Source of the DNA: Candidatus Nezhaarchaeales archaeon
Lineage (GTDB): Archaea > Thermoproteota > Methanomethylicia > Nezhaarchaeales > JAWCJE01
NCBI GenBank assembly: GCA_038853715.1
Contig: JAWCJE010000004.1
Coordinates: forward strand, 2,718-66,717
Direction: 5' to 3'
DNA length: 64,000 nucleotides
Shown piece after piece: positions 37,403 to 46,871 of this stretch. A program made the position numbers and the translations under genes. How positions within the stretch are numbered: position 1 is the first letter of the stretch; the number at the start of each line of letters is the position of its first letter. Below the pieces are notes generated by a model. That model was not told where the DNA came from. It saw only the letters and a program-made list of their open reading frames with translations, and ran no database searches.

Positions 37403-38188
37403 TTAATCAGTTAGATTTAGAGCCTTGATCTCTATCCTTTTAAGGTCTGCTACGCCTAATCCGCGTTCTTGGGCTAGCTTTAAATGCCTTATGGATAGCG
37501 GATCGAAGCCTAGTATACTGGCGCCTACGGCGTCGGCTGCCACTTGATCCTCCGAGAATATTATTAGCCCGTACCGTTTAACAGTGCCTCCTAACTCCCC
37601 TCCTATACATGCCTCCCTAGCGTCGATAACTGCTAAGCTCGGCTTTAGGTAGGCGTTAACGTCCACTATGCTTTCATCGAGCCTACGATGAAACCTCCCC
37701 TTCTTAGCTATAGCCGTACCGGAGCCTAGCGTAGCTCCTAGCATGTTTTTAAGCGTTAATGATACCCCTGTTAATGAGTGTTCCTTTAAAACGGCCGCTG
37801 AAACTATGTAGGCCCCTTTAAGCGTTAGGGGGGCTTTAAACCTTTTCAGGGTTAAAGCTTCGGGGTCCTCTAAAACCTCGTAGTCGTCGTTGTTTAAATC
37901 GACGAGCTTCGCTAACCCTTCGTCGGCCAGCTTTAAGTACCCCAACCGTTTAAAGGCCTCCCACGTTTCACACCATCCGGATCCTTCGGCGACTATAACC
38001 TCATAGTCCTTATAATATCTAGCTAAAGCTTCCACTAAGTCGACGGGCGTGGTAACTGGCGCCGGTTTATCTATTATCAAGTTCGGTTTCACCACAACCC
38101 TCCTAAGCCTTGGAAGGGGGAGCTCCGTTAAACCGAGTTGAACCGCGGCGTAAGCGTCGTAGCACTTAACCACTACGACCTTCGACAT
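37403..38188 (-). CDS. DUF362-domain protein
   Basis: VVVKPNLIIDKPA..VIVAEGSG.. is characteristic of DUF362. Confidence 0.5.
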   Translation of the reverse strand: MSKVVVVKCYDAYAAVQLGLTELPLPRLRRVVVKPNLIIDKPAPVTTPVDLVEALARYYKDYEVIVAEGSGWCETWEAFKRLGYLKLADEGLAKLVDLNNDDYEVLEDPEALTLKRFKAPLTLKGAYIVSAAVLKEHSLTGVSLTLKNMLGATLGSGTAIAKKGRFHRRLDESIVDVNAYLKPSLAVIDAREACIGGELGGTVKRYGLIIFSEDQVAADAVGASILGFDPLSIRHLKLAQERGLGVADLKRIEIKALNLTD

Positions 38189-38267
38189 GGAGGATCCGCT
38201 TAACTAACACTGCTAAGATTGACTTAACCTTACCGCTTCACAGCCTAGACGGCTTTAAATGAGCCCG

Positions 38268-40229
38268 TTAAAGGGGTTTAACCGTTAAAAGTAGATTAGC
38301 AGCTACGCCTACGGTGGTACCTAATGCTAGGTTCGTTGCCACTATTAACGCGGTCCTCCTAGCGCCGTAGCCGTGGAGTAGCGCTGCGATCGTCGCTACG
38401 CAAGGTACGTATAGCATCGTTAGCAAGGTGAATACGACCATCTGTTTAAGGGTTAATACTTCGATGAAGTTCATCGTCCCTGCCGCTTCAGCCAGCATCG
38501 CTACGGCCAACTCCTTCCTAAGTACTCCGAATACCAACGGTATTATGGTTTCCTTAGGTAGGTTGAAGAGCGCCTTTATCGGGGGGTGGAGGAGTTGTTC
38601 GGCGACGGTTAGCCAGCCGGAGGTAGCTAAGAGTTCAACTACGGCGCTTCCAACCATTAGTAGGGGTAGGGCTATGAGTATAAACTCCTTAATCCTCACG
38701 GCTGCTTTAGCGAGGAAGACCTTAGGCTTCGGAGCTCTATAGGGAGGTACCTCCATTATTAGACCGACTGGTTCACCTGGTAGGAGCCTGTTAACCATCC
38801 TTCCAACGGCGAATACTAAAGCTAGGTTGAATAGGTAGAGGAGGAGGGCGATGTGAATGCCTATATACTTACCTACCAACGTTAGTATGACGATGGTTCT
38901 AGCCGCGCACGGTATTAACGGTACTAGGAAGCCGAGTATGAAGCGTTCCCTCTCGGTCTCCATAATTTTACAGCTTATACAGGCTGGTACGTTACAGCCG
39001 TAGCCGAGTATTAAAGGTATGAAGCCCTTACCGTGGACCCCGAGCTTATGCATTAAGCTATCCATTAGGAAGGCGGCCCTAGGGAGGTAGCCAGCGTCCT
39101 CAAGTAGGTAGAGGGCTATGTAGAAGGGAACTATGTAGGGTATGACGAGGACGAGGCCGGCCGTGAAACCGTTAGCTAAGCCTAGCACTATCGACTTCAC
39201 GGGGCTTAATACCGCTGCTTCAACCATTAAGGCCTCCAATCCGGTGATTAAGTAGAGGTTAAGGATGGGTTCAAGGAGGGATCCGAGGTAGTTACCTACC
39301 GTTAAAACTAGCGTTAATACGCCAGCTAGAACACCTATTAACACTAGGTAGCCGTAGACGCGGTGACTAGTTAAAACGTCGAGTTTATCGCTGAACGTTA
39401 TAATAGGCTGAGCCTTAATGGTCTGTACCTCTTTAGTTATCCTACCGATTAAAGAATACCTTTCAGCCGCTATTACAACGCTTGAGGACTCACCGTGAAG
39501 CCTCTCAAGCTCTTCAGCTAGTAGGCTAGCTAAGGTTAATATCGCTTCGCCTTGGCTTTCCTTAGCGACGCTTCTTTGTACCTCCTCATCCTTCTCAAGG
39601 AGCTTTAAAGCGATCCACCTAGCAGGGTAGGGGGACTTCGGTAGTTTTTCGGATACTTCGTGTTCAAGCCTTTTAACTAGATCCTCAACCTCCTTTCCGT
39701 ACTCGATCTTCAACGGTTTAACCTTAACCTCACCCGTGGCTACCTTAACGGCCTCGACGAGGGCCTCCTTAACCCCTTTACCGCTAGCGGCCACCATTGG
39801 GACTACCGGTACGCCTAAGAGCTTCGATAGCTTCTTAACGTCGATTTCAATGCCCTTCTTAGCCGCTTCATCCATGAAGTTAAGCGCTACTACGAGTGGG
39901 GCGCCTAGCTCGATGAGGTGGATGGTTAAGTAGAGGTTCCTTTCGAAGGCGGTAGCGTCCACGATATCTATTACGACGTCAGGCCTCTCAACGGCTATAT
40001 ATTCTCGCGCTACCAACTCCTCCTCGCTATAGGCTGATAGCGAGTAGGTTCCTGGGAGGTCGAGTAGTTTTACGGTGTAACCGTCAAGCCTTACCGTTCC
40101 CTCGGCCTTCTCAACGGTTTTACCCGGCCAGTTACCTACGTGCTGCGCTAACCCGGTCAACTGGTTGAAGAAGGTGGATTTACCTACGTTAGCGTTACCG
40201 GCTAAAGCGATCCTTAACACTTTCCCCAA
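38268..40229 (-). CDS. feoB: Ferrous iron transporter FeoB (G-domain plus permease)
   Basis: GNANVGKSTFFNQLTG G1, DLPGTYSL G3; 653 aa polytopic C-terminus. Confidence 0.85.
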   Translation of the reverse strand: MGKVLRIALAGNANVGKSTFFNQLTGLAQHVGNWPGKTVEKAEGTVRLDGYTVKLLDLPGTYSLSAYSEEELVAREYIAVERPDVVIDIVDATAFERNLYLTIHLIELGAPLVVALNFMDEAAKKGIEIDVKKLSKLLGVPVVPMVAASGKGVKEALVEAVKVATGEVKVKPLKIEYGKEVEDLVKRLEHEVSEKLPKSPYPARWIALKLLEKDEEVQRSVAKESQGEAILTLASLLAEELERLHGESSSVVIAAERYSLIGRITKEVQTIKAQPIITFSDKLDVLTSHRVYGYLVLIGVLAGVLTLVLTVGNYLGSLLEPILNLYLITGLEALMVEAAVLSPVKSIVLGLANGFTAGLVLVIPYIVPFYIALYLLEDAGYLPRAAFLMDSLMHKLGVHGKGFIPLILGYGCNVPACISCKIMETERERFILGFLVPLIPCAARTIVILTLVGKYIGIHIALLLYLFNLALVFAVGRMVNRLLPGEPVGLIMEVPPYRAPKPKVFLAKAAVRIKEFILIALPLLMVGSAVVELLATSGWLTVAEQLLHPPIKALFNLPKETIIPLVFGVLRKELAVAMLAEAAGTMNFIEVLTLKQMVVFTLLTMLYVPCVATIAALLHGYGARRTALIVATNLALGTTVGVAANLLLTVKPL

Positions 40230-40235
40230 CCAGGT

Positions 40236-40844
40236 TCACCTCGCCCATTTAACGAAAACCCTTTGAGCCACACCATAGCCTAAAGCCAGCTTAGTACCCC
40301 TAACCTCAACCTCTATGGGGCCTCGGAAAGCACCTCTCCTAGCCACCTTAACTTCGACGCCCGGTGTTAAACCCATCTCAGCGAGCCTCCGCGTTAAGCC
40401 TCTACCGCCTACGAGTAATACTACCATCCCCTTATCGTTCTCCCGTAGAGCTGTAAGCGGTACGGTATCTTCAACCCTGAAGTCCATGTTCCTTAGGCTT
40501 CGCCTTAACGCTTCGAGTCCTTCACCGTCAACTTGGTGGGCTTGATGCCAATGGGACCTCCAATCCGCTATTTTACCCTCGAAAACCCTTCTTAGGAAGG
40601 TTGGGAGGACGTGGAGCCTGCCATGAACGTAGTCTTCACGGTGCGAAGCTACCTCCCTTAACCCTTTCTCGGTAAGTTTAATGCCTCCTTCAACCTTTTC
40701 GACGAACCCCTGACTTAGGGCTTCGCGTAGGGCTTCTTCAACGAGCTCATCGCCTACGTTCAACCTACGAGCGGCCTCCTTAAGGTTGAAGCTTGGACCT
40801 AGCTCCTTAACGAGCTCGAGGAGCTCTACTACTTCCTTACGCAT
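40236..40844 (-). CDS. wHTH plus FeoA (SH3-like) domain protein
   Basis: C-terminal VPLTALRENDKGMVVLLVGGRGLTRRLAEMGLTPGVEVKV..GPIEVEVRGTKLALGYGVAQRVFV is the FeoA fold; N-terminal 60 aa HTH-like. Confidence 0.55.
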   Translation of the reverse strand: MRKEVVELLELVKELGPSFNLKEAARRLNVGDELVEEALREALSQGFVEKVEGGIKLTEKGLREVASHREDYVHGRLHVLPTFLRRVFEGKIADWRSHWHQAHQVDGEGLEALRRSLRNMDFRVEDTVPLTALRENDKGMVVLLVGGRGLTRRLAEMGLTPGVEVKVARRGAFRGPIEVEVRGTKLALGYGVAQRVFVKWAR

Positions 40845-40854
40845 CTAAAGCCCC

Positions 40855-41520
40855 TCAGAACCCGGTTTTCTCAACGTATACCTTCGCAGCTACGTCCTTA
40901 GCTACCTCGTAATCGCTTCTAGCTACCTCCACGGTTAATCGGTCGCCCCGCGAGGTTTTACGTTTAAGCTTTACTAGGCTTCCCGGCGTTATACCTAGTG
41001 AGGATAGGAGGCGTAGTAAGTCGGGCTTTTCATCGACTATACGAGTCACTATACCCGAGTCCCCTTCGTTTAAGCTGAATAGTTTTACGTCCCTCATTTC
41101 ACGAATGCTTCCATCCTCGCTAGGTATGGGGTTACCGTGGGGGCAGGTTTTAGGCTTGTTTAGGAGGCTTTCGAGAGGTTTGGCTACCGCTTCGGTTAAT
41201 CCGTGTTCAAGCTTACAGGCATGTTCGTGAGCTGCCACCCAATCCATACGTAGTACGTCGGTTAGGAAGCGTTCAATAATCCTATGCCTCCTAATAACGT
41301 TAAACGCTATCTTTAACCCCTTCTCAGTTAATTTAACCCCTCGGTAGGGCTCATGGACTACGAGGCCCAGTCTTTCAAGGTATTTAACGGTGTTCGTAAC
41401 CGTGCCTAACGAAACCTTAAGTTCGGAGGCTATATCGCTGGTCCTAGCGGAGCCGAACCTCTCTGAAAGCTTGTAAACGGCTTCTAAGTACTCTTCGACC
41501 GTTTGCGATACTTGAAGCAT
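40855..41520 (-). CDS. DtxR/MntR-family metal-dependent repressor with C-terminal FeoA-like domain
   Basis: EEYLEAVYKLSERFGSARTSDIASELKVSLGTVTNTVKYLERLGLV (wHTH), metal-site region HEHACKLEH, C-terminal SH3-like LNEGDSGIVTRIV... Confidence 0.75.
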   Translation of the reverse strand: MLQVSQTVEEYLEAVYKLSERFGSARTSDIASELKVSLGTVTNTVKYLERLGLVVHEPYRGVKLTEKGLKIAFNVIRRHRIIERFLTDVLRMDWVAAHEHACKLEHGLTEAVAKPLESLLNKPKTCPHGNPIPSEDGSIREMRDVKLFSLNEGDSGIVTRIVDEKPDLLRLLSSLGITPGSLVKLKRKTSRGDRLTVEVARSDYEVAKDVAAKVYVEKTGF

Positions 41521-41532
41521 TAAACTCCGACC

Positions 41533-41551
41533 ACTCGTAAAAGTTACGAGT
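41533..41551 (-). promoter_or_regulatory. Perfect 8-3-8 palindrome ACTCGTAA-aag-TTACGAGT between a TATA-like box and the dtxR-family start; candidate metalloregulator operator
   Basis: Coding strand reads cttaaatacgagtACTCGTAActtTTACGAGTggtcggagtttaATG; a partial third half-site (actcgta) is adjacent. Confidence 0.45.
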
Positions 41552-41726
41552 ACTCGTATTTAAGTTTAACCAGCGACAACTCTCTCCCAGGGTTTAACGT
41601 AGGCTTGAAGCGCTTAAAGGCACCTTTACCAGTTATAACCGAAGGCTCCGACCCAAGCTTTAAGCGGTGACACCTTTTACGTACAAGTAGTTAGCTTAAA
41701 GGAATACTGTTACGTTTAACGCTTTT

Positions 41727-42149
41727 TCATCTAACATTCCACCGCCAGCCCTTACCCTCCTTAACCAGTTTAAACCTCTTTAGGCACTCCTCGTACGTTT
41801 TTTTAGCCTCGGCGAGAAAGCCTTCATCGTAGATGGGTATACCTTCCGAGATAACGTCGTAAGCGAAGAGGCGGAGGCTACGTAGGTAATCGAGGAATTC
41901 CTCGGGGTAAAAGCCTACCGCCCTTACCTTCGGGGTTGAGTAGAGGCCCTTCATGGTTCGACGTTGAAGCTCGTCGCTAGGTAGGTTTTCAGCTATAACG
42001 CATACGTCGATATCGCTCGACTCAGTGAAGTCCCCCCTCGCGTAGGAGCCGAAAAGCAGTATGGCTCTAGGCTTTAATCTTTCGACATCCTCCACGAACT
42101 TTTTAAGCAGGTCTTCAGCCTGCCTCCTAAGCTTTTCTCTTGGTAACAA
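41727..42149 (-). CDS. Minimal nucleotidyltransferase (MNT) of the second HEPN-MNT pair
   Basis: ILLFGSYARGDFTESSDIDVCVI NTase motif; 140 aa. Confidence 0.7.
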   Translation of the reverse strand: MLPREKLRRQAEDLLKKFVEDVERLKPRAILLFGSYARGDFTESSDIDVCVIAENLPSDELQRRTMKGLYSTPKVRAVGFYPEEFLDYLRSLRLFAYDVISEGIPIYDEGFLAEAKKTYEECLKRFKLVKEGKGWRWNVR

Positions 42150-42573
42150 TACCCTTCATCTCCTTAAGGATTTCTTCAGCGTAACTTATAGCTTGCTCGG
42201 CCTGAGTCTCGGTATAATGTTTCATGGCTGAGCCGCTGTAGAAAGCGTTAGCGTACCTAGTCGGTATGTAGTATTGGTCGAGGATCTTAACCTTGTCTTT
42301 AAGCTTAGCCAGCTCCTTAAACTGGTAGCTTATAAGTTCGTCTAGAAGCTCGCATAGGTCATGCCCCCTCCTCTCTACTCCAAGCGAGTTTAAAGCCGCC
42401 TTTAACGCTAGCTCGGCTGATTGTTGAGCGTTAAAGCAAACCTTCGACCAGCGCTTCGTCTTAAAGAGGTCCTTAGCCGCACCGAGGAAGTCCTCGGCAT
42501 CTTCAAGTAGGTCTAACGCCCTCTCCAAGCCCTCCCCCAATTTAAGGTAGGCTATTATCCCGGATTTAAACAA
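42127..42573 (-). CDS. HEPN-domain protein paired with the MNT (start uncertain; the track ORF extends to 42687 through the xpf relic)
   Basis: QSAELALKAALNSLGVERRGHDL...LDQYYIPTRY (R-x4-6-H-type HEPN); 23-nt overlap with the MNT. Confidence 0.55.
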   Translation of the reverse strand: MFKSGIIAYLKLGEGLERALDLLEDAEDFLGAAKDLFKTKRWSKVCFNAQQSAELALKAALNSLGVERRGHDLCELLDELISYQFKELAKLKDKVKILDQYYIPTRYANAFYSGSAMKHYTETQAEQAISYAEEILKEMKGIVTKRKA

Positions 42574-42650
42574 TAGGTAAGGAGGCCGTAGCCGTGAAAC
42601 CCCTAATGCACCGTCCCTTACCGTCGGCGGCGAAGGCGGTCCATGAGGCC

Positions 42651-43368
42651 TTAAAGGACAAACGAATGGTTGTAAGACGGCAACCATCTGACGGCGACTC
42701 CCTGTTTAAACCAGTTTAGCTTGCTCCCCCTACCTTCACGGTAAGGCGCGTTTATAACGCTAATAATCCTTCTAACTTTAGCTGAGCCGATCACAGCTTC
42801 TAACCCAGCCTCCTTAGCCGTGAACAAGTCCTTTACGGTCTTAAACCTAGATAGTAGTTTATCGGCTAACGCCCTCCCGATTCCGGTAGGCTTTGGACGA
42901 TGTAAAGCTGCCAATCCTCCACGGTTTCAAGACTTGGCTTACGGCATGATACCGGCCACCTCCCTTTCCCCGTTTGCTCCTTTAACGCTAAGGATCTAAT
43001 GGGCTCAGCTGTTTCAAAGTGATCCTTGGAGGTTAAGATGAAGATTTTGAAGTTGACGATTAAACTAGCTACCGCGCCCATACTACCCTCGAGTTACTGG
43101 TTAGAGCGGCAGCCTCGCTTAAGCTACCCTCAATAATTGGTACCGGTAGTTCGTAGGCTTCCTTTAGCCTAGCAGCTTGGTCGAAGAGACTACCGTCGAA
43201 TATCGACGAGACTAGGTCCTGAACGGTCTTCCGTTCAACGCATATCCTACTTGATACCACGTAGTCTCTAACCGATAACTGTTTATATGCGATTTAAACG
43301 TTTAAAGCTTTAAGGCTACTCGGTACCGGGGAGTATTTCTCGCGTTCATCAATGAGTATTAAGGGCAA
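42651..43368 (-). pseudogene. Decayed paralog of the xpf gene at 4338-5012, with nonsense and frameshift mutations and GDY->RDY
   Basis: Three track ORFs (43069-43260, 42866-43081, 42651-42914) tile the XPF sequence at about 75-80% nt identity. Upstream ..LPLILIDEREKYSPVPSSLKALNV(stop)IAYKQLSVRDYVV; the promoter-proximal aaaacgatataaaccctta is also shared with 5040-5060. Confidence 0.7.
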
Positions 43369-43548
43369 AACGACACCTAGATGGGTTAAACGGATAAAAC
43401 GATATAAACCCTTACGGGGGAGCCGCGTATTAATGGTTGGACTGTTCGGGAGTCTTCCTCGCTCTAGTTTTGAGGCTGGATCGTTGGAGGGCTTAAAGCT
43501 TTTCGGTAAGCCTTGAGGGGAACTATGTAGGGCTTGGAGGTTTAAAGT

Positions 43549-44616
43549 TTGGTGGATCTCTTAGTTAAGACGCCTCGAGGGCTTGAAGGTGTGGCAGCCT
43601 CTAGGATTGAGGAGGAGATTGAAGGTGTAAGGGTAACGGTTAAGCCTTACGGCTTTACTGGGTTGGTGCTGGTTGAAGGCGTAGTTGACGCTCGTACCGC
43701 TGTAGACTTAATTTTAAGCCGTATTCCCGAGGTTGAAAGAGTCTTAATGGTTAGGAGGGAGGTTGAAAGCCGGCTTGATGAAATAGTTAAAGCAGCCGTT
43801 GAAGTTGCTAGCTCCGAGTTGAAGGGCTGTGAGGCCTTCGCTGTTAGGACTACACGTAGGGGGAAGCAGGAGTTTACGAGCGTAGATGTTAACGTTAGGG
43901 TTGGAGCCGCTATTAAGGAGGCTTTAAACCTTGACGTGGACCTTGAAACGCCTAGTAAGGTAGTATATGTTGAAGTAGTTAAAGATAGAACGTTTATATG
44001 CGTTGAGGATGGACGCGTTGAATGGGGGTTTAAGAAAATGAAGCCCGGTAAACGCGAGTTTCATCAGCTTTTACGTAGGATCTCCGTAGCCCAGAAGCCT
44101 TACACGGGCCCTTTAGACGCCGTTCGGAACATGGGTATTAGGATAGGGAGGGCGTTACAAACCTTCGAGGTCAGTGAGCTCGTAGTAGCTCCTGATGGAC
44201 CAGTTAAAGGTGACGAGATGCGTGTATTCCTTCAAGGCTTGGAGGAGGGGATAGATTCGCGCTACGAGGTTCAAAGGAAGGCCTATAGTAGAAGCGTTGT
44301 TAAGGTACCGGTCTACGTCCAAGACCTTTACCAGCTCGTACGGAGTAGGAGAGGGGAGCATATAATAGCTACGTCAACGCGTGGTGAAAGCGTAAGCAGG
44401 GTAGCCGATAAACTTGACGAGGTGTTAAAGGGTAACGGTAGGATTACGGTGCTCATAGGGGCTAGGGAGGGGCTTCCAACCGGCGTTTTCAGGTTTTCAA
44501 GCCTCGTTTTGGATTTAAGCCCTGGCATCACTATATCCACCGATTACGCATGCGTAGCCGCTATCATAGCGTTAATTACGCACGTCGAGGAGAGGAGCTT
44601 GAAACAAATTTATTAA
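43549..44616 (+). CDS. THUMP-like N-terminal domain fused to a SPOUT-type (trefoil-knot) methyltransferase-like C-terminus
   Basis: C-terminal RITVLIGAREGLPTGVFRFSSLVLDLSPGITISTDYACVAAIIAL resembles SPOUT motifs II/III; N-terminal ferredoxin-like/THUMP-like pattern. Confidence 0.45.
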   Translation: MVDLLVKTPRGLEGVAASRIEEEIEGVRVTVKPYGFTGLVLVEGVVDARTAVDLILSRIPEVERVLMVRREVESRLDEIVKAAVEVASSELKGCEAFAVRTTRRGKQEFTSVDVNVRVGAAIKEALNLDVDLETPSKVVYVEVVKDRTFICVEDGRVEWGFKKMKPGKREFHQLLRRISVAQKPYTGPLDAVRNMGIRIGRALQTFEVSELVVAPDGPVKGDEMRVFLQGLEEGIDSRYEVQRKAYSRSVVKVPVYVQDLYQLVRSRRGEHIIATSTRGESVSRVADKLDEVLKGNGRITVLIGAREGLPTGVFRFSSLVLDLSPGITISTDYACVAAIIALITHVEERSLKQIY

Positions 44617-44944
44617 GGTTTTGAGTGATACCGATTTTCCCGATAAAAATCATTTTTAATACAGGCATGTAAAAACTGAACAGAATCTTGGACATCTCTA
44701 GAGCCCTTTATCATAATATGGCCGCATGGAGAAGATGCTGATCTTGGATTTATTATCTGGATCCGATGTTAATGGGGAGCTGCGTCTGCTTACCGAGACT
44801 TACGATGAATTATTGGCTAGGTTTAGGGGATGTTAGCGGCGGTAAGACTAGTTCTGCTAGAAGGAGTGCATTTAGGCTTCTCGCAAAAGTAGTGAAGCAT
44901 ATATATAATGCTAAGAAATATGGTATTATAGGCGTGAATCCCTA

Positions 44945-45904
44945 ATGGAGATTAGCGAGCTTAAGGCTAAGATCTTCGAGTTGCTACGTGAGGATCTGGA
45001 GTTCCGCTATGCTATAGCCGGCTTACTCGGCTTAGAGGAGGTCCTGCATAGGCTTGATAAGCATGAGGAAGAGCTAGTTAAGCTCCGCGAGGACTTAAAC
45101 AAGCTTAGGGAAGATTTCAATAAGATGAGAGAGGACTTTAACAGGAAGGCTGAGGAGGACTCTAAGAGGTTTGCTACCATTGAAGCTGAGCTTGCTAAAC
45201 TTAGAGAGGACTTTAATAGGAAGGTCGAGGAGGACTCTAAGAGGTTCACCGCTATCGAGGCTGAGCTAGTTAGGCTCCGCGAAGATATGATCGCCGGGTT
45301 TAAGAGGCATGACGAAGAAATGGCTAAGCTCCGCGAAGATATGATCGCCGGGTTTAAGAGGCATGACGAAGAAATGGCTAAGCTCCGCGAAGATATGATC
45401 GCCGGGTTTAAGAGGCATGATGAGATTTTAGAGAAACATAGCACTGAGCTAGTTAGGCTTAGAGGGAGTATGGAAACTACTTTCAAGAGGCTTAATGAGA
45501 GGATAAGTTCCCTTGAGAGGGCTATGATAAGCGGCCTAGGTGAGATGAGCAAGTTCGCTGGTATGACTTTTGAGGAATTTGTTAGAAAATTTCTAACAGG
45601 AAGCCTAAGAGAATCTGGCGAGATACCTGAGGATGCAGAGCTCATTAAAGCCGTTATTGACGGCGAGGAGGTAAATATATTCTTTGAGCAGCCATTAATA
45701 GTTGGCGAGGCCACGGGCTACGCCGAAAGCACCGATGAAATACTAAAACTATTAAGGAAGGCTGAGCTTGTCAAAGCGAGGTACTCTAGGGAGCCGAGGA
45801 AAATCCTAGTAATACTATCAGTGAAGAGGACGGCAGCCGAAGAGATAAAGAGGATAGCTGAAGAGAAGGGCGTAGAACTCATAATAGGAAAGATCGTAGA
45901 CTAG
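44945..45904 (+). CDS. Coiled-coil protein with internal sequence repeats and a about 120-aa globular C-terminal domain of unknown function
   Basis: Repeats KLREDFNRK(A/V)EEDSKRF(A/T)(T/A)IEAEL(A/V)(K/R)L x2 and MAKLREDMIAGFKRHDEE x3; C-terminal ..AVIDGEEVNIFFEQPLIVGEATGYAES.. Confidence 0.5.
   Translation: MEISELKAKIFELLREDLEFRYAIAGLLGLEEVLHRLDKHEEELVKLREDLNKLREDFNKMREDFNRKAEEDSKRFATIEAELAKLREDFNRKVEEDSKRFTAIEAELVRLREDMIAGFKRHDEEMAKLREDMIAGFKRHDEEMAKLREDMIAGFKRHDEILEKHSTELVRLRGSMETTFKRLNERISSLERAMISGLGEMSKFAGMTFEEFVRKFLTGSLRESGEIPEDAELIKAVIDGEEVNIFFEQPLIVGEATGYAESTDEILKLLRKAELVKARYSREPRKILVILSVKRTAAEEIKRIAEEKGVELIIGKIVD
45281..45422 (+). repeat. Perfect 54-bp tandem repeat, about 2.6 copies, in-frame within the coiled-coil gene
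   Basis: gaagatatgatcgccgggtttaagaggcatgacgaagaaatggctaagctccgc repeated head-to-tail with 0 mismatches. Confidence 0.85.
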
Positions 45905-46220
45905 TCATCAATTAAAGTCATCAGTTAATTGTAGCTAGCGCATGGTTGTCTAAGGTCCTCAGTAAAGAAAAATTAATATCATATTTTAGCATAATGTTAG
46001 AGCTTTCGATATTCCTAATTTCCTTCACGAAGCCGCCACTCCATTTTATCGTCGGAGAAGGTTGATATAGCCCTATCATTGATGTTACGCAATTAATTGC
46101 GAAGAAGAACAAAAACTTAAGTCAAGAAGCCCATAGGGAGATGGCTGCATTATATCTTTGAGACACTTTTCAGCCGTAGCTTTAGATAAACTTATGGAAG
46201 GAATCATCGAGACAATTACC

Positions 46221-46681
46221 TCATATCGAGGACTTCAATTTCTTCGCAAACCTCTTAACGTCGCCGACGGCATCCTTCACCGGCTCCAGCATCGTCCAAG
46301 CTTCGTAGAAGTTTATGTGTAAGCTATTAACTACGTGCCATAGTCTACTCAAATCCTCGCCACCGGTCTCTTCGCGTAGCTTCGAGACGAGTTTAAAGGT
46401 TCCCCATGGCCCTAAGCTTCGTTCCTCTCCTTCCAGTAACCGCCTTAACCATTTGCGAAGCCTACTCCGACGCTTGGACGTAATCTCCCTTTGCCAGAAA
46501 CTCGTCACATTCGCGCAGGTACTTCTCGCAGAGCTCTACATGTAGCTCAGACTTTGATTCAGAATCGGATAATTTAGCGTATTTATAGAGGGCCTTAGCT
46601 ATATGCCCTTCTAATGTCCTCCCCTTCCGGCCTCAATAGCTCCTTAAGCCTTACGACTAACTTCTCAGGTAATACAAGCAT
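46221..46681 (-). pseudogene. PaREP1-like gene broken into three frames (two frameshifts)
   Basis: MLVLPEKLVVRLKELL.. / ..ELCEKYLRECDEFLAKGDYVQASE / ..LGPWGTFKLVSKLREETGGEDLSRLWHVVNSLHINFYEAWT. The GD(L/Y)VQASEK and LW..a..LH..FYEA motifs are recalled as hallmarks of PaREP1 proteins of Thermoproteales. Confidence 0.4.
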
Positions 46682-46871
46682 TAAAAGAGTAAAAGGTGAG
46701 TAACGGTTAAACTAGGTGGGTGTTTCCGCGGTAAATTGGAAGGAGTGTTAGGGTCTTCGTTACTACACTTAAGGCTTAAAGGGATGAGGCTAACGATTAA
46801 AAAGGTTGGTGAAGCTAAAATCCACTATTAAGTGAGTTAAGCTTTTATCTGCCTACGCCCCTACATCCCGG

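Noticed and set aside
42574-42687. N-terminal extension of the second HEPN ORF (MVAVLQPFVCPLRPHGPPS..)
   Set aside because: Pro/Gly-rich read-through of the xpf relic 3' end; the HEPN domain starts later (TTG at about 42573).
45007-45714. 235-aa minus-strand ORF
   Set aside because: Antisense shadow of the repetitive coiled-coil gene (Ser/Leu-rich low complexity).
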